Numbered from the stretch's first letter, positions 1-9,049 are shown. The stretch is 64,000 bases of DNA from Patescibacteria group bacterium (GCA_038061995.1 JBBTYA010000004.1:15350-79349); one strand, 5' to 3'. Made by a program: numbers and translations. The notes: generated from the letters alone by a model not told the origin.

Positions 1-2
1 AG

Positions 3-161
3 GTTGCCAACGCAATTTCATGCGAGGTGTCCGTAACCGGGCACATCGCAATGCTCGCGTTCCACAACAAAGGGAACACGAGTGCGCGGGATTGCGTGAA
101 GTTGAGTGCCAACATCGGAGGTTTGGAGGCCCTCCTGAAGGCGCTTCACGTTCCCTCATAA
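3..161 (+). CDS. C-terminal fragment of an unidentified protein (partial at window edge)
   Basis: Open frame from the window edge ending at TAA 159-161, immediately followed by a terminator hairpin at 169-205; product not recognised. Confidence 0.25.
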   Translation, partial: VANAISCEVSVTGHIAMLAFHNKGNTSARDCVKLSANIGGLEALLKALHVPS

Positions 162-168
162 CCGAAAG

Positions 169-205
169 CCCCGTGCACACTGTGCGCGGGGCCATTCTTT
201 TTTAT
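169..205 (+). terminator. rho-independent terminator-like hairpin (CCCCGTGCACA...TGTGCGCGGGG) followed by CCATTCTTTTTTAT
   Basis: About 10-bp GC-rich stem followed by a T-tract; also sits just 3' of the minus-strand gene ending at 218. Confidence 0.5.
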
Positions 206-217
206 ACAGAATAAGAC

Positions 218-505
218 TTATTTTGAGAGCTCACACACGGGGGCGCAAACCGCGGCACACGCTTCAGCGCCAGGAGCGCACAGCGAACCGCATTGGTTAA
301 ACCGTCCACCACGGCTCAAGCAGTGGCGTGCATACATTTCTTCATTTGCACCGCCCATCATCTCATACACAATTCTGTTACGATCTTCACGCTGGATAGA
401 AACGCCACGAGGTACCTGCATGTACCAATACATGCCAGCAAGACTCACTACAAAGAGCAAGACCAGCAGAACCTGCGGTGATGAGAGGAGGTTTTTCAGC
501 TTCAT
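218..505 (-). CDS. small Cys-rich membrane/secreted protein, hypothetical
   Basis: 95-aa ORF with an N-terminal hydrophobic segment and multiple Cys; no recognisable family. Confidence 0.3.
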   Translation of the reverse strand: MKLKNLLSSPQVLLVLLFVVSLAGMYWYMQVPRGVSIQREDRNRIVYEMMGGANEEMYARHCLSRGGRFNQCGSLCAPGAEACAAVCAPVCELSK

Positions 506-511
506 AGAAAC

Positions 512-805
512 TTACTGCAATTCCTTTTCTGCAGATTCCAATGCGCTCATTTCGGCATCTAGATCACCAAGATCAACGGTATCCAACTCTGCCTGGCGGG
601 CACGGGAAAGTGCCTTTGCACGAACCATCGCCATAACGTTCGCCGTATACGCTTCTTCGTAATCCGTAGCGAGCTCTTGTCCTTCAAGCCATACTGCGTT
701 GACGGCAAATGCCGCTACAAGTACTGACAACGAAAGATAGAACGCGCCCTTGTCGCCTGCTGAAAACTCCGAAAACAATGTCTGTAGTGAATTCTGTTCT
801 TGCAT
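512..805 (-). CDS. hypothetical small membrane protein
   Basis: 97-aa ORF with a central hydrophobic segment; tandem with 218-505. Confidence 0.3.
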   Translation of the reverse strand: MQEQNSLQTLFSEFSAGDKGAFYLSLSVLVAAFAVNAVWLEGQELATDYEEAYTANVMAMVRAKALSRARQAELDTVDLGDLDAEMSALESAEKELQ

Positions 806-904
806 ATGAAGTTAGTATACCAGCGAATCAGATATAAAACATAGTGGCTTCTGTTGATAGAAAAAGCCGGGCGTTGTGTTGCCCGGCCACGAACCACCGC
901 GCGC

Positions 905-1153
905 CTACCGCGCCGGTGTTGCCACCTCCGACTCAGCGACGTCGATGTTGAGCAGCGCCATCTCGATAGAGATACACTGCCCACCGTACATCTGCCGGCC
1001 CATCTCCGGGAACCCATTGTCATCCAGGGCCTTGCGGATGTGGTACCGCGCTTCTTCGGTCATCGCGCATGCGCATGCGGATGAGCCGAACCCGAATCGC
1101 TTCACCACTTCTGCGATGGCGGCGCGAGCGCCGTTGTAGTTTCTCTCGGTCAC
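905..1153 (-). CDS. hypothetical protein (GTG start)
   Basis: 82-aa ORF; strong SD GAGAGGAGGAGG 5-6 nt upstream of the GTG start. Confidence 0.35.
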   Translation of the reverse strand: MTERNYNGARAAIAEVVKRFGFGSSACACAMTEEARYHIRKALDDNGFPEMGRQMYGGQCISIEMALLNIDVAESEVATPAR

Positions 1154-1155
1154 GG

Positions 1156-1368
1156 CTACCTCCTCCTCTCTTCTGCCTGATGTCGTCGCACGCCACGGTA
1201 GCGATTCACCAACTGGCGCGTTTCATTGGGCACCACCAGGAGTGCCAAGACGGCACCCAGCGGCAACAGAAACAGCACGCCAGCAACGGCATAACGCGCG
1301 CCACGCACCACCCTCTCCATGCCCACCTCCAGAAAGCCAATTATACCACAGAAATATCCATAGTTCAA
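1156..1368 (-). CDS. hypothetical small membrane protein
   Basis: 70-aa ORF with a hydrophobic core; abuts 905-1153. Confidence 0.3.
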   Translation of the reverse strand: MNYGYFCGIIGFLEVGMERVVRGARYAVAGVLFLLPLGAVLALLVVPNETRQLVNRYRGVRRHQAEERRR

Positions 1369-1416
1369 TACACTTATCCCTAGGGGATTCTGGGGAGTGT
1401 TGCGTATACTCCATAC

Positions 1417-2736
1417 ATGCTTCGCCCGAACCTCCTTGCCTTCTTTCGAGCACCCGTACGCATCGCCCTTCTTAGTATCGCTATTGCTGGCATTGCGGGT
1501 GGAGTCTATCTCTCACGGCACGCCGATATAAATGATTCTTCTGCCGCCACAGCAAGCGAACCCCGCACTGCATTTATTCTTGAAGTCTTCGACACTATTC
1601 TCTCTTCCCATTGGGAAAAGCTCGAGCCAAAAGCTCTTGCCGAGCTCATGGAGAAAGGTATTGAGAAGCTCACAGAAAAAGACTGGGCACTCACGACCCC
1701 CGACCGCGCAGGTGCAGAGAAGCTCTTCACCGAAGCGCTCGCTACCATACCTGCTGAAAAACAAAATGAGTTCACGGCAACCCTTGGTGATATTATGCTC
1801 GCCAACCTCAAGCCATTTGGGCGCAGTCGCCTCTATAGCAAGAAAGAGGAGCAAAAATTACAAGACACTGTTCTGAATAAAGATACCGGTGCTAACCTAT
1901 ATTCTTCACTGGGAATAGAAAAGTCAGCATCTGCTACGGAAGTTACAAAAGCATACGAAGCAAAGCAAGCACAGCTCGCCGCACAACCTGCAACATCAGA
2001 AACGGAGAAAGCAAAAGCAGAGCTCGAGCGAGCGTTTACTGCGCTCCAAGATGAAAACCGTCGCGCACGCTATGATGAACACGGCGTCGAACCGACAGTC
2101 ACTGCTCGCGCTATCGCAAGCACTGTTGGCATTGTGCGCATTACACAAGTCTCTCCCCTCTCTTTCGAAGAATTTAAAACGGAAATGGCGGCCCTCTCGA
2201 AAAATAAGAAACTCACTTCACTCGTTATCGATCTCCGCGGCAACATTGGTGGAGCCGTAGACACTCTCCAGTATTTCCTTGGGCCATTTATTGGCGCGGG
2301 GCAATATGCATACGATTTCTTTCATCAAGGAGAGCCGATCCCCTTCCGCACACGCGTGGGGTGGCTCGATAGCCTCGTGCAGTACAAACGGGTTGTCGTA
2401 CTCATCGACGGCAACACACAGTCTTCAGGCGAGGTTATGGCAGCAGCTTTAAAGAAATATAACGTAGGTATTCTCGTTGGCGTACCCACGAAAGGCTGGG
2501 GCACTATTGAACAAGTTATGCCGCTGAAAAATCAGTTTTCTGAAACAGAAACGTACTCCCTCTTTTTGGTGCATAGTTTAACCCTCCGAGAAGACAACGA
2601 GCCCATTGAAGGACGCGGCGTTGATCCCAACATAGACATTCGCACAAAAGGATGGGAGAAAGAGCTCACCCTTCACTGGAATGACGCACAACTTACCCGC
2701 GCAGTGCAAGATCTCGTCGCCGACGCAAAGCGCTAG
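1417..2736 (+). CDS. S41-family C-terminal processing peptidase with N-terminal TM anchor and a degenerate J-like domain
   Basis: Motifs LVIDLRGNIGG, DGNTQSSGEVMAAAL (Ser) and GVPTKGWG (Lys) match the S41 catalytic domain. Residues about 165-230 align to a DnaJ J-domain (YSSLGIEK...KAY...RRARYDEHG) but the HPD motif is absent. Confidence 0.7.
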   Translation: MLRPNLLAFFRAPVRIALLSIAIAGIAGGVYLSRHADINDSSAATASEPRTAFILEVFDTILSSHWEKLEPKALAELMEKGIEKLTEKDWALTTPDRAGAEKLFTEALATIPAEKQNEFTATLGDIMLANLKPFGRSRLYSKKEEQKLQDTVLNKDTGANLYSSLGIEKSASATEVTKAYEAKQAQLAAQPATSETEKAKAELERAFTALQDENRRARYDEHGVEPTVTARAIASTVGIVRITQVSPLSFEEFKTEMAALSKNKKLTSLVIDLRGNIGGAVDTLQYFLGPFIGAGQYAYDFFHQGEPIPFRTRVGWLDSLVQYKRVVVLIDGNTQSSGEVMAAALKKYNVGILVGVPTKGWGTIEQVMPLKNQFSETETYSLFLVHSLTLREDNEPIEGRGVDPNIDIRTKGWEKELTLHWNDAQLTRAVQDLVADAKR

Positions 2737-2975
2737 AGAGGTTTTTGCATCTCCTTTTCGAGATCACGAAATTCGTTTTCGATATCAGTGATCCGTCCAC
2801 GAATACTCGTAATGAGCGCCGCGCCTTGGCGCGTTTTTTGTAATGCTTCTTCGAGATCTACCGCGTCTTGCGCGCCAAACCACTGCACAATGGTTTCTAG
2901 CGCGCGAAGCGACTCGGAAAGTGATCCAGGAGCAGTTGCCTCTTTCTTCTTTGTTCGTGGTGTAGATGGTGCCAT
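2733..2975 (-). CDS. xseB: exodeoxyribonuclease VII small subunit
   Basis: 80-aa helical protein (LSESLRALETIVQW...LEEAL) directly downstream of xseA. Confidence 0.7.
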   Translation of the reverse strand: MAPSTPRTKKKEATAPGSLSESLRALETIVQWFGAQDAVDLEEALQKTRQGAALITSIRGRITDIENEFRDLEKEMQKPL

Positions 2976-3004
2976 AGGTAGTACGCAGTGTAGCGCGGGA
3001 AGCT

Positions 3005-4141
3005 CTAGGATTCAATCGTCGCATCGCGAGAGCCGTCACGCATGCGAATGCGCACCGAATCCCCAGGGGCCACATCCTTTGTAGTGCGCACGGCACCAGA
3101 GGGAAGGCGCGTCACTACACTATATCCCCGCTCCAGTACGCGCTGTGGATCAGTGCTTTGCAATAGTGAAGTGAGCGCTGTCACACGGTCGCTCGTACGC
3201 GTCAGGGATGCTCGCACGGAAGCAAGAAGTGGAGCTCCGTCTACGAGTGCCCGTGCACGATGGACATATGCGTCAGTGGCGCGAAGGATCTGCTCGCGGA
3301 GACGCTCTACAGAGCCGATAAACGGCTCCCACGACTGCGCAACGGCCATTGCCGCCGCAGTAGGCGTAGACGTGGCTACATCAGCCGCTAGACACGCAAG
3401 GGGCACATCTCTGTCATGTCCAATAGCGCAGATAACGGGCACAGAAAGACTATGAATAGCTCGCACGACACCTTCTGTATTAAATGCTTGCAGATCTTCG
3501 AGGCTTCCGCCGCCGCGCATCACGGCAATAACATCAAACTCCTCTGCGTGATCTTGCATCCACGCACATGCCTTCATAATTTCTTCGGGAGCTTTCGCCC
3601 CTTCTACCCGAACACTATAGAGCGAAAGCGCCATTCCTCGCTGGGGTAGGTTTTTACGGAAGTCATCAATCACCGCCCCTGTGCGTGAGGTGATGATTCC
3701 AACGCGTGAAATCCGTTCTGGCAGTGGCCGCTTACGTGCAAAGAGCCCCTCGCGCTCAAGCTGTTCTTTTAATAAAACGTACGCGCGCTGAAGTGAGCCT
3801 TCTCCAAGCGGCTCAAGATATTCCACGCGCAACGAGAAACGTCCTTTTGGTTTATAGATATTCGCATTCCCCGCGACCTTCACGCGCATGCCATCTTCAA
3901 GCATAGAGGCTATCATGCGTGCCGCAAAAGGGTTCATGTAGCAATCCAAAAGACTGCCGTCTTCTGGATCTTTCAGTGAGAAGTACAGGCCACTGGGGTG
4001 GTGGTGGACGCCCGTTGTTTCGCCGAACACAAGCGCGGGAGCTTGTGCGAGAACCGCGTTCACGCCATCTAAAAAGTCACTCACAGAAACCATGAGAGCC
4101 TCTGCGGCGGCTTCGGTCACACGCTTTGATCCTGTCATCAC
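3005..4141 (-). CDS. xseA: exodeoxyribonuclease VII large subunit
   Basis: N-terminal OB-fold region (SVSDFLDGVNAVL...GLYFSLKD) and the catalytic region (GHDRD, AIGHE-like) typical of XseA. Confidence 0.85.
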   Translation of the reverse strand: MMTGSKRVTEAAAEALMVSVSDFLDGVNAVLAQAPALVFGETTGVHHHPSGLYFSLKDPEDGSLLDCYMNPFAARMIASMLEDGMRVKVAGNANIYKPKGRFSLRVEYLEPLGEGSLQRAYVLLKEQLEREGLFARKRPLPERISRVGIITSRTGAVIDDFRKNLPQRGMALSLYSVRVEGAKAPEEIMKACAWMQDHAEEFDVIAVMRGGGSLEDLQAFNTEGVVRAIHSLSVPVICAIGHDRDVPLACLAADVATSTPTAAAMAVAQSWEPFIGSVERLREQILRATDAYVHRARALVDGAPLLASVRASLTRTSDRVTALTSLLQSTDPQRVLERGYSVVTRLPSGAVRTTKDVAPGDSVRIRMRDGSRDATIES

Positions 4142-4150
4142 CCTATAGTA

Positions 4151-5548
4151 TTAGAGTGTCTGCACGAGAACAAGGTTAGTAGTGCCGGAAGTTCCAAACT
4201 GGTCGCGTCCCGCGACAACAACATACTGCTCACCCTTTTTACCCAGTCCGCGGGCATGGGCACGCGCCTCAGGAAGCGCGGCATCAAACGAGGTTATCTT
4301 GCCTACCACAACACCAGCGACACCCCACGAAAAATTAAGGCGTCGGGCAATGGATGCCGAAGGCGTGAGCGCAATAATGTGTTGTGAGTGACGATAGCGA
4401 GCAATGCGCTGTGCGGTGCGGCCCGTTTCTGTAAACGCGATAATCACATGTGCATCAAGCTGATCTGCAATGCGCGCCGCTGAAGCGGCAACCGCGTCAG
4501 CGATAAATGTATTGTCGGGGAATGCCTGTGGCACAACGTCAGTCTGCGCTCGAGTAATAATGCGCACCATCGTGCGGATCACTTCTTCAGGATATGCTCC
4601 ACGAGCCGTTTCCCCTGAAAGCATCACCGCATCGGTTCCATCTAAGATAGCATTCGCAACATCGGTCACTTCTGCACGAGTTGGGAGATGATTTGCGGTC
4701 ATTGATTCAAGCATCTGCGTTGCAGTAATCACTGGCTTGCCCATCGTTCGGGCGATGCTGATAAGTTTTTTCTGAATATGAGGAACCTCCGCAAGGGGCA
4801 CTGCGAAGCCAAGATCCCCTCGCGCAACCATGAGCCCATCGGCTTCACGAAGAATTTCTTCCACGTGATCAACGCCCGCCTTCGTTTCAATCTTTGCGAT
4901 AAGGAGAGGCGCATATCCCTTCGGGCATGCTTTGCGCACTGCGCGCACATCGGCAGCACTTTGTACAAAGGAAATCGCCAGCGAATCCGCACCAACCTCT
5001 GCCATCATCTTAATGTCCGCCTTATCTTTTGCAGAAAGCGCAAACGCGTTTACGTGCATCCCCTGTGCTGAAAAGCCCATCTTGGATTTCACTACTCCAG
5101 GCACAATAACACGCGCCGTCACGACGCCTTTCTGTATGCGGGTCACTTCTAACTTTGGCGCGCCATCATTCAGGTAGATCTCTGCTCCAACGGCAAGATG
5201 GTCCAGAATCTCTGGAAAGTTAATCGTAAGGGCGTCGCTCCCATCTTCTTTTTGTACAAAACGAACGTCCTCCCCTACGTTCACCTGTCGCTCCGTGGTC
5301 ATGCCCGTACGAATCTTTGGTCCGCCAAGATCGCCCATGATTGCTAGTGGACGTTTGAGCGCCTCTTCAGCCTTCCGAACGGCTACAGTGCGCGCATGAG
5401 ACTCTTCCAACGTTGCATGCGTGAGGTTGAAACGAAACACATCAACACCCAGCTTAGCGAGCCTGAGGATCATCTCTGGAGAATCACTTGCGGGACCGAG
5501 CGTTGCAACAATTTTTACTTTTTTATGCATAGAATGGTGTTTGGGCAA
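4151..5548 (-). CDS. pyk: pyruvate kinase
   Basis: KIVATLGPAS, MVARGDLG and other PK motifs; 465 aa. Confidence 0.9.
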   Translation of the reverse strand: MPKHHSMHKKVKIVATLGPASDSPEMILRLAKLGVDVFRFNLTHATLEESHARTVAVRKAEEALKRPLAIMGDLGGPKIRTGMTTERQVNVGEDVRFVQKEDGSDALTINFPEILDHLAVGAEIYLNDGAPKLEVTRIQKGVVTARVIVPGVVKSKMGFSAQGMHVNAFALSAKDKADIKMMAEVGADSLAISFVQSAADVRAVRKACPKGYAPLLIAKIETKAGVDHVEEILREADGLMVARGDLGFAVPLAEVPHIQKKLISIARTMGKPVITATQMLESMTANHLPTRAEVTDVANAILDGTDAVMLSGETARGAYPEEVIRTMVRIITRAQTDVVPQAFPDNTFIADAVAASAARIADQLDAHVIIAFTETGRTAQRIARYRHSQHIIALTPSASIARRLNFSWGVAGVVVGKITSFDAALPEARAHARGLGKKGEQYVVVAGRDQFGTSGTTNLVLVQTL

Positions 5549-5575
5549 AAAGGATATGCATTGTAGCGGAAGGAT

Positions 5576-5606
5576 GAGAAAAAGAAAAGCCCCGCCACAG
5601 CGGGGC
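5576..5606 (-). terminator. rho-independent terminator after the DoxX gene
   Basis: Hairpin GCCCCGC-TGTG-GCGGGGC followed on the minus strand by TTTTCTTTTTCTC. Confidence 0.6.
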
Positions 5607-5628
5607 CATTCTTTTTCTCATCGCTCTC

Positions 5629-6027
5629 TTAGGAAGACAAGCGGCGTGAGAATGCCATCGGGCCAGGACCAAACGCAGAAACGCAGAGCGCCAGCGCAAG
5701 AAGGCCAAGATCAAGCTCGTAACCGCCCATAAAACCCATCTTAAATTTCACGAGCACGATTGCTCCAACCATGACCAGCGCAATGAGGCGGCCGGCCCAC
5801 AACGTCCACGCACCGATAAGCACCGCAATACCGCCGAGGAACTCAACGAGAGCCACGACGTACGCCATGAACCCGGGCATGCCAAGGGTTCCGAAGAATC
5901 CAACAATTGCATCCATGTTATTGAGCTTCTGCCATCCATGCGCAATAAATATGGCGCCGAGCACCACGCGAGCTACCACGATGACCCATCCTTGCAGTTT
6001 CGGTCCGGGAGCAAAAAATTCCTTCAT
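5629..6027 (-). CDS. DoxX-family membrane protein
   Basis: 132-aa, 4-TM, FIAHGWQKL...GMP motif pattern of DoxX. Confidence 0.55.
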   Translation of the reverse strand: MKEFFAPGPKLQGWVIVVARVVLGAIFIAHGWQKLNNMDAIVGFFGTLGMPGFMAYVVALVEFLGGIAVLIGAWTLWAGRLIALVMVGAIVLVKFKMGFMGGYELDLGLLALALCVSAFGPGPMAFSRRLSS

Positions 6028-6148
6028 GAATCACCCGCATGTGCGGGCATAGCGCGTGCCACAGGCCAAGCGCTACATTCACGCATGCGCGTCTTTAATT
6101 GCTGTCTATTGTACATACCTACACCACACACGCAACTCTAAAAGCATA

Positions 6149-6556
6149 CTACCCGATGAACCCAAACACGGCGCCAAAGAGCACCACGAAGTTAAGCGCG
6201 GACACAACGCACCACGTGCAGAAGGCGCGGAGAATAAATGCCTGTACGTAGACAAAGTACAACGAGAACGCAAAGCCAAAAGCGATCAATGCCTGGAGGG
6301 CCCAGAACGGCGCAGTCCCGCCAGCGATAAGTGAAACGAGCACGAGCATCGCAAGGTACATACCAAGCCCAGCAACCGAGTTCGGAATGCCAAACGTTTT
6401 ACCGTAGGGGCTGTGCTGCACTTTCACGCACCACTCCTTCGGGAAGAACCAGCATGCGACCTCTGTGCCACGCATCTTGTGATAGATAAGATAGAGCGTA
6501 TCAAGAACACCGATCACTGCACACACTGTTACAATCTGAAGCGTTGTTTGCATGTT
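6149..6556 (-). CDS. vitamin K epoxide reductase (VKOR)-family membrane thiol oxidoreductase
   Basis: Loop Cys pair (C..FFPKEWC), TFGIPNS motif and a CTWC CXXC in a TM helix; start trimmed to the internal Met so it no longer overlaps the upstream gene. Confidence 0.6.
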   Translation of the reverse strand, partial: NMQTTLQIVTVCAVIGVLDTLYLIYHKMRGTEVACWFFPKEWCVKVQHSPYGKTFGIPNSVAGLGMYLAMLVLVSLIAGGTAPFWALQALIAFGFAFSLYFVYVQAFILRAFCTWCVVSALNFVVLFGAVFGFIG

Positions 6557-6557
6557 T

Positions 6558-7160
6558 TTATTTTCCAGAACCCACGAGGGTGAAGCTCTGTACGAATGCT
6601 TCAAAGTCGCGTGTAGCGGAAGAATCTGCTTTATATGGATAGTGCCCAAGCGTTATCACTCGCCCATCGTTCGTAAAATAGACATACGTGAGTGTGTCAC
6701 CATCGGCAACATTCGCGCTCATCACAATGCGCGTCATGGTCAGTGGTCCCACGCGCACTGAGCGACGCTCTTTTAAGAATTCACTCCCCAACACCATGCC
6801 ATTGCCCGTGAACCATTCTTGCTCGTTGCGCGCACCACTACTGCGCCCGATGGGAGCTACGTTCACGGAGAACTGATTTCCGTAGGCGTATCCTTCCGTT
6901 CCTTCGAGCACTTCAAACTGCTGCTTCTGCGTGAAGAGCACATGCTCCGCGGTTATCTCATGGGGGTACCATCCCGTTGGAATAGAAGTGGTATAGAGTC
7001 CGCCAGCGTCGCGGTAGAGCCCGCCTTCGGAAACATTCGGTGTACCGCTCACCGTTGGCTCTGTGGTTTCTGTTGGCGCGCTTTCTCCTCCGCGCGTGAA
7101 TAGCCACACGCCAAGCACGATCACAAGCAAAACTCCTGCAACTGTAATAATGCGTTTCAT
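6558..7160 (-). CDS. secreted hypothetical protein (signal peptide)
   Basis: MKRIITVAGVLLVIVL signal anchor, Thr/Pro-rich linker; no known family. Confidence 0.5.
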   Translation of the reverse strand: MKRIITVAGVLLVIVLGVWLFTRGGESAPTETTEPTVSGTPNVSEGGLYRDAGGLYTTSIPTGWYPHEITAEHVLFTQKQQFEVLEGTEGYAYGNQFSVNVAPIGRSSGARNEQEWFTGNGMVLGSEFLKERRSVRVGPLTMTRIVMSANVADGDTLTYVYFTNDGRVITLGHYPYKADSSATRDFEAFVQSFTLVGSGK

Positions 7161-7262
7161 ATATCTGCAGTATACCAAAAATACATAAACTCAGCGTGCA
7201 TATCACGGCATATCTTGACGATATGTAGAAGAAACTGTATCGTATCGCGCGAAGGAGGACGT

Positions 7263-7625
7263 ATGCGCAATCGGTTGTTGATCGCAGTACTTGCTCTCGG
7301 CACACTCTTCGGATGCGCTCCCGCGCAAGAACCCAACCACGGGCATCCGCAGCCCGTGATGACGCCCACTCCCGAGCCGGTTCACTGGTTCCGGATCACA
7401 CGCCCCAACAGGGCCGACGAGATGCTGAAGGTCGTGGGCAACGTACGGGTTCACAACGACAACGGGTGCGTGAGCGTCGTGAGAGAGGAGTTCGGTTGGA
7501 AGATCGTCTTCCACGAATGTGGAGTTGGGATCACCGACGTCACCGATCCCAACAAGGCGTCGATCGAGACCGAGCGCCCGACGCCTAAGCCGGCAGAGAA
7601 GCGTGCGCCGCTCGAAAAGCCGTAA
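7263..7625 (+). CDS. lipoprotein, hypothetical (GC-rich accessory gene)
   Basis: Lipobox LALGTLFGC; strong SD GAAGGAGGA; GC-rich with GC3 bias. Confidence 0.5.
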   Translation: MRNRLLIAVLALGTLFGCAPAQEPNHGHPQPVMTPTPEPVHWFRITRPNRADEMLKVVGNVRVHNDNGCVSVVREEFGWKIVFHECGVGITDVTDPNKASIETERPTPKPAEKRAPLEKP

Positions 7626-7648
7626 CCCCCCGTCCACAAGGAGGACAC

Positions 7649-8155
7649 ATGGAACGAAAGAAGAAGAAGCCGTCTCTCAGGACGCAGATCACCAAGCTCA
7701 AGAAGGAGCTCGCACAGAAGAGTGCTGACCTCTCGTACTGGGCAAACCAGGTGGCGGAATACGAGACGGCGCTCAAGACCGCGCGCGCGAACAAGGAGAC
7801 GGAAGCCCAACGCTTCCAGGCCGAAAGAAAGAAAGACCAGACCAGCCTCGTGTTCGCAGCGGAAGAAACGGCGGCCGCTCGAAAGGAGCTGGCGGGCACA
7901 CGGCTCGCTCTCCAGGAGGCTCTGGCCGTCCTCCAGCCCAACTGGGCGCTGATCTACGCCCTACACCAGGAGACGGAGGACCGCGTCGCTCCGGACATGA
8001 TCAGACACTTCGTCGATGGCCTTTCGTTCTCCTACGCGCACCTCTTCGACGCCGATCGAGACACCGCATGCGACGCTCTCATGTGTGCGCTGGGCAAGGT
8101 GCACGAGCGGAGGAGCCGCAACTTTTGGCAGACTTCTCCCACCGCGGAAGACTAA
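7649..8155 (+). CDS. coiled-coil hypothetical protein (GC-rich accessory gene)
   Basis: SD AAGGAGGA 6 nt upstream; Lys-rich N-terminus and a coiled-coil-like region; followed by a terminator. Confidence 0.45.
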   Translation: MERKKKKPSLRTQITKLKKELAQKSADLSYWANQVAEYETALKTARANKETEAQRFQAERKKDQTSLVFAAEETAAARKELAGTRLALQEALAVLQPNWALIYALHQETEDRVAPDMIRHFVDGLSFSYAHLFDADRDTACDALMCALGKVHERRSRNFWQTSPTAED

Positions 8156-8165
8156 CCCCCACCCC

Positions 8166-8200
8166 GAAGCCGTCACACCCGTGACGGCTTCATTTTTTAT
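8166..8200 (+). terminator. rho-independent terminator
   Basis: GAAGCCGTCAC-ACC-GTGACGGCTTC followed by ATTTTTTAT. Confidence 0.8.
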
Positions 8201-8263
8201 ATGCCTATAGAAAAGGACGGGAACCGAAATCCTCGCCCTTTGCCATGCGTACTTAGGATCTTA

Positions 8264-9049
8264 CTACACCAGAACTTTTCTTAAGGCAGGCTCTTCGATA
8301 ATAAGGTGCCCGCCGCCAAACACCACAAAAATACTCCGCCCTTCATGCCAGTATCGTTCTATTTCCGATGCAATATTAAGATCTCTTAGGTTGCTTTGAG
8401 CTCTGGCGACTGCGTTTATTTTGGTCTCTGTTTTGTTTGGGTTGATGAAGTTATTTACATTCTCACTCTCATCAAATGCTTTCCCGATGATTTTTTCGTA
8501 TAGCTCCTTCATCCTTGAAAAGGAAACCTCTATACCTTGCCATATCTTCCTCGGCTTCTGCCTTTCGCACCACGCCTCAGCTGATGTTGCAAAATGAGGC
8601 TTGGGGCTCGCCTGCCGCTGAAAGTTATTCATGAAAGTTAAGAACCAATATAGCAGAGTCTCTTCTCTGGGGATGTCAGAAAGGCGCTCCACAAGTTCCT
8701 CGTCACTCAGGTCAGGGCATGCAACTGCAACATTCGCCTCATGAGCGAGAAGGGTTATGAAGCCGCCCTCTGAACCGCCCTTAATAGCAGCTTCTTCATC
8801 TTTCAATAATGTACGCAACCTTCCTTCAACTAATACGATTCTCTCCCGCCCTTCTGTGGTTTTTAAAAATGTATTCCAATACTCCTTGAGAATAGGATAC
8901 TGGGGATCGCTAGGGTCGCGCGAGTGGTTCGCGCCAAAATAAAAAAGAGATTGCCGATCGTTCTCAATCTTAAATGTGTACGGACTGCGGCCATATCTCT
9001 TGGCCGTCTCCTCGTATTGCTCTCTGGGGAGCAGAAGTGATTTATCCAT
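8264..9049 (-). CDS. TraB/GumN (Tiki-like) family protein
   Basis: N-terminal FGANH (GxxH) and C-terminal VVFGGGHL motifs characteristic of TraB/GumN; lies in an AT-rich region. Confidence 0.45.
   Translation of the reverse strand: MDKSLLLPREQYEETAKRYGRSPYTFKIENDRQSLFYFGANHSRDPSDPQYPILKEYWNTFLKTTEGRERIVLVEGRLRTLLKDEEAAIKGGSEGGFITLLAHEANVAVACPDLSDEELVERLSDIPREETLLYWFLTFMNNFQRQASPKPHFATSAEAWCERQKPRKIWQGIEVSFSRMKELYEKIIGKAFDESENVNNFINPNKTETKINAVARAQSNLRDLNIASEIERYWHEGRSIFVVFGGGHLIIEEPALRKVLV

Noticed and set aside
20-214. 64-aa plus-strand ORF at the window start
   Set aside because: It runs straight through the terminator hairpin at 169-205 and has arbitrary composition. A different frame (3-161) ends just before the hairpin and is the more plausible partial CDS.
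7203-7637. Antisense ORFs inside the GC-rich island and inside other GC-rich genes (for example 62587-63705 plus strand, 372 aa)
   Set aside because: High GC suppresses stop codons. The sense-strand genes have Shine-Dalgarno sites, signal peptides and recognisable motifs, whereas the antisense products are Arg/Pro-rich nonsense.
8215-8245. gggaaccgaaatcc, a possible tRNA T-arm remnant or att repeat at the island border
   Set aside because: It does not match the tRNA-Gln 3' sequence and cannot be folded into a T-arm. Treated as coincidental.
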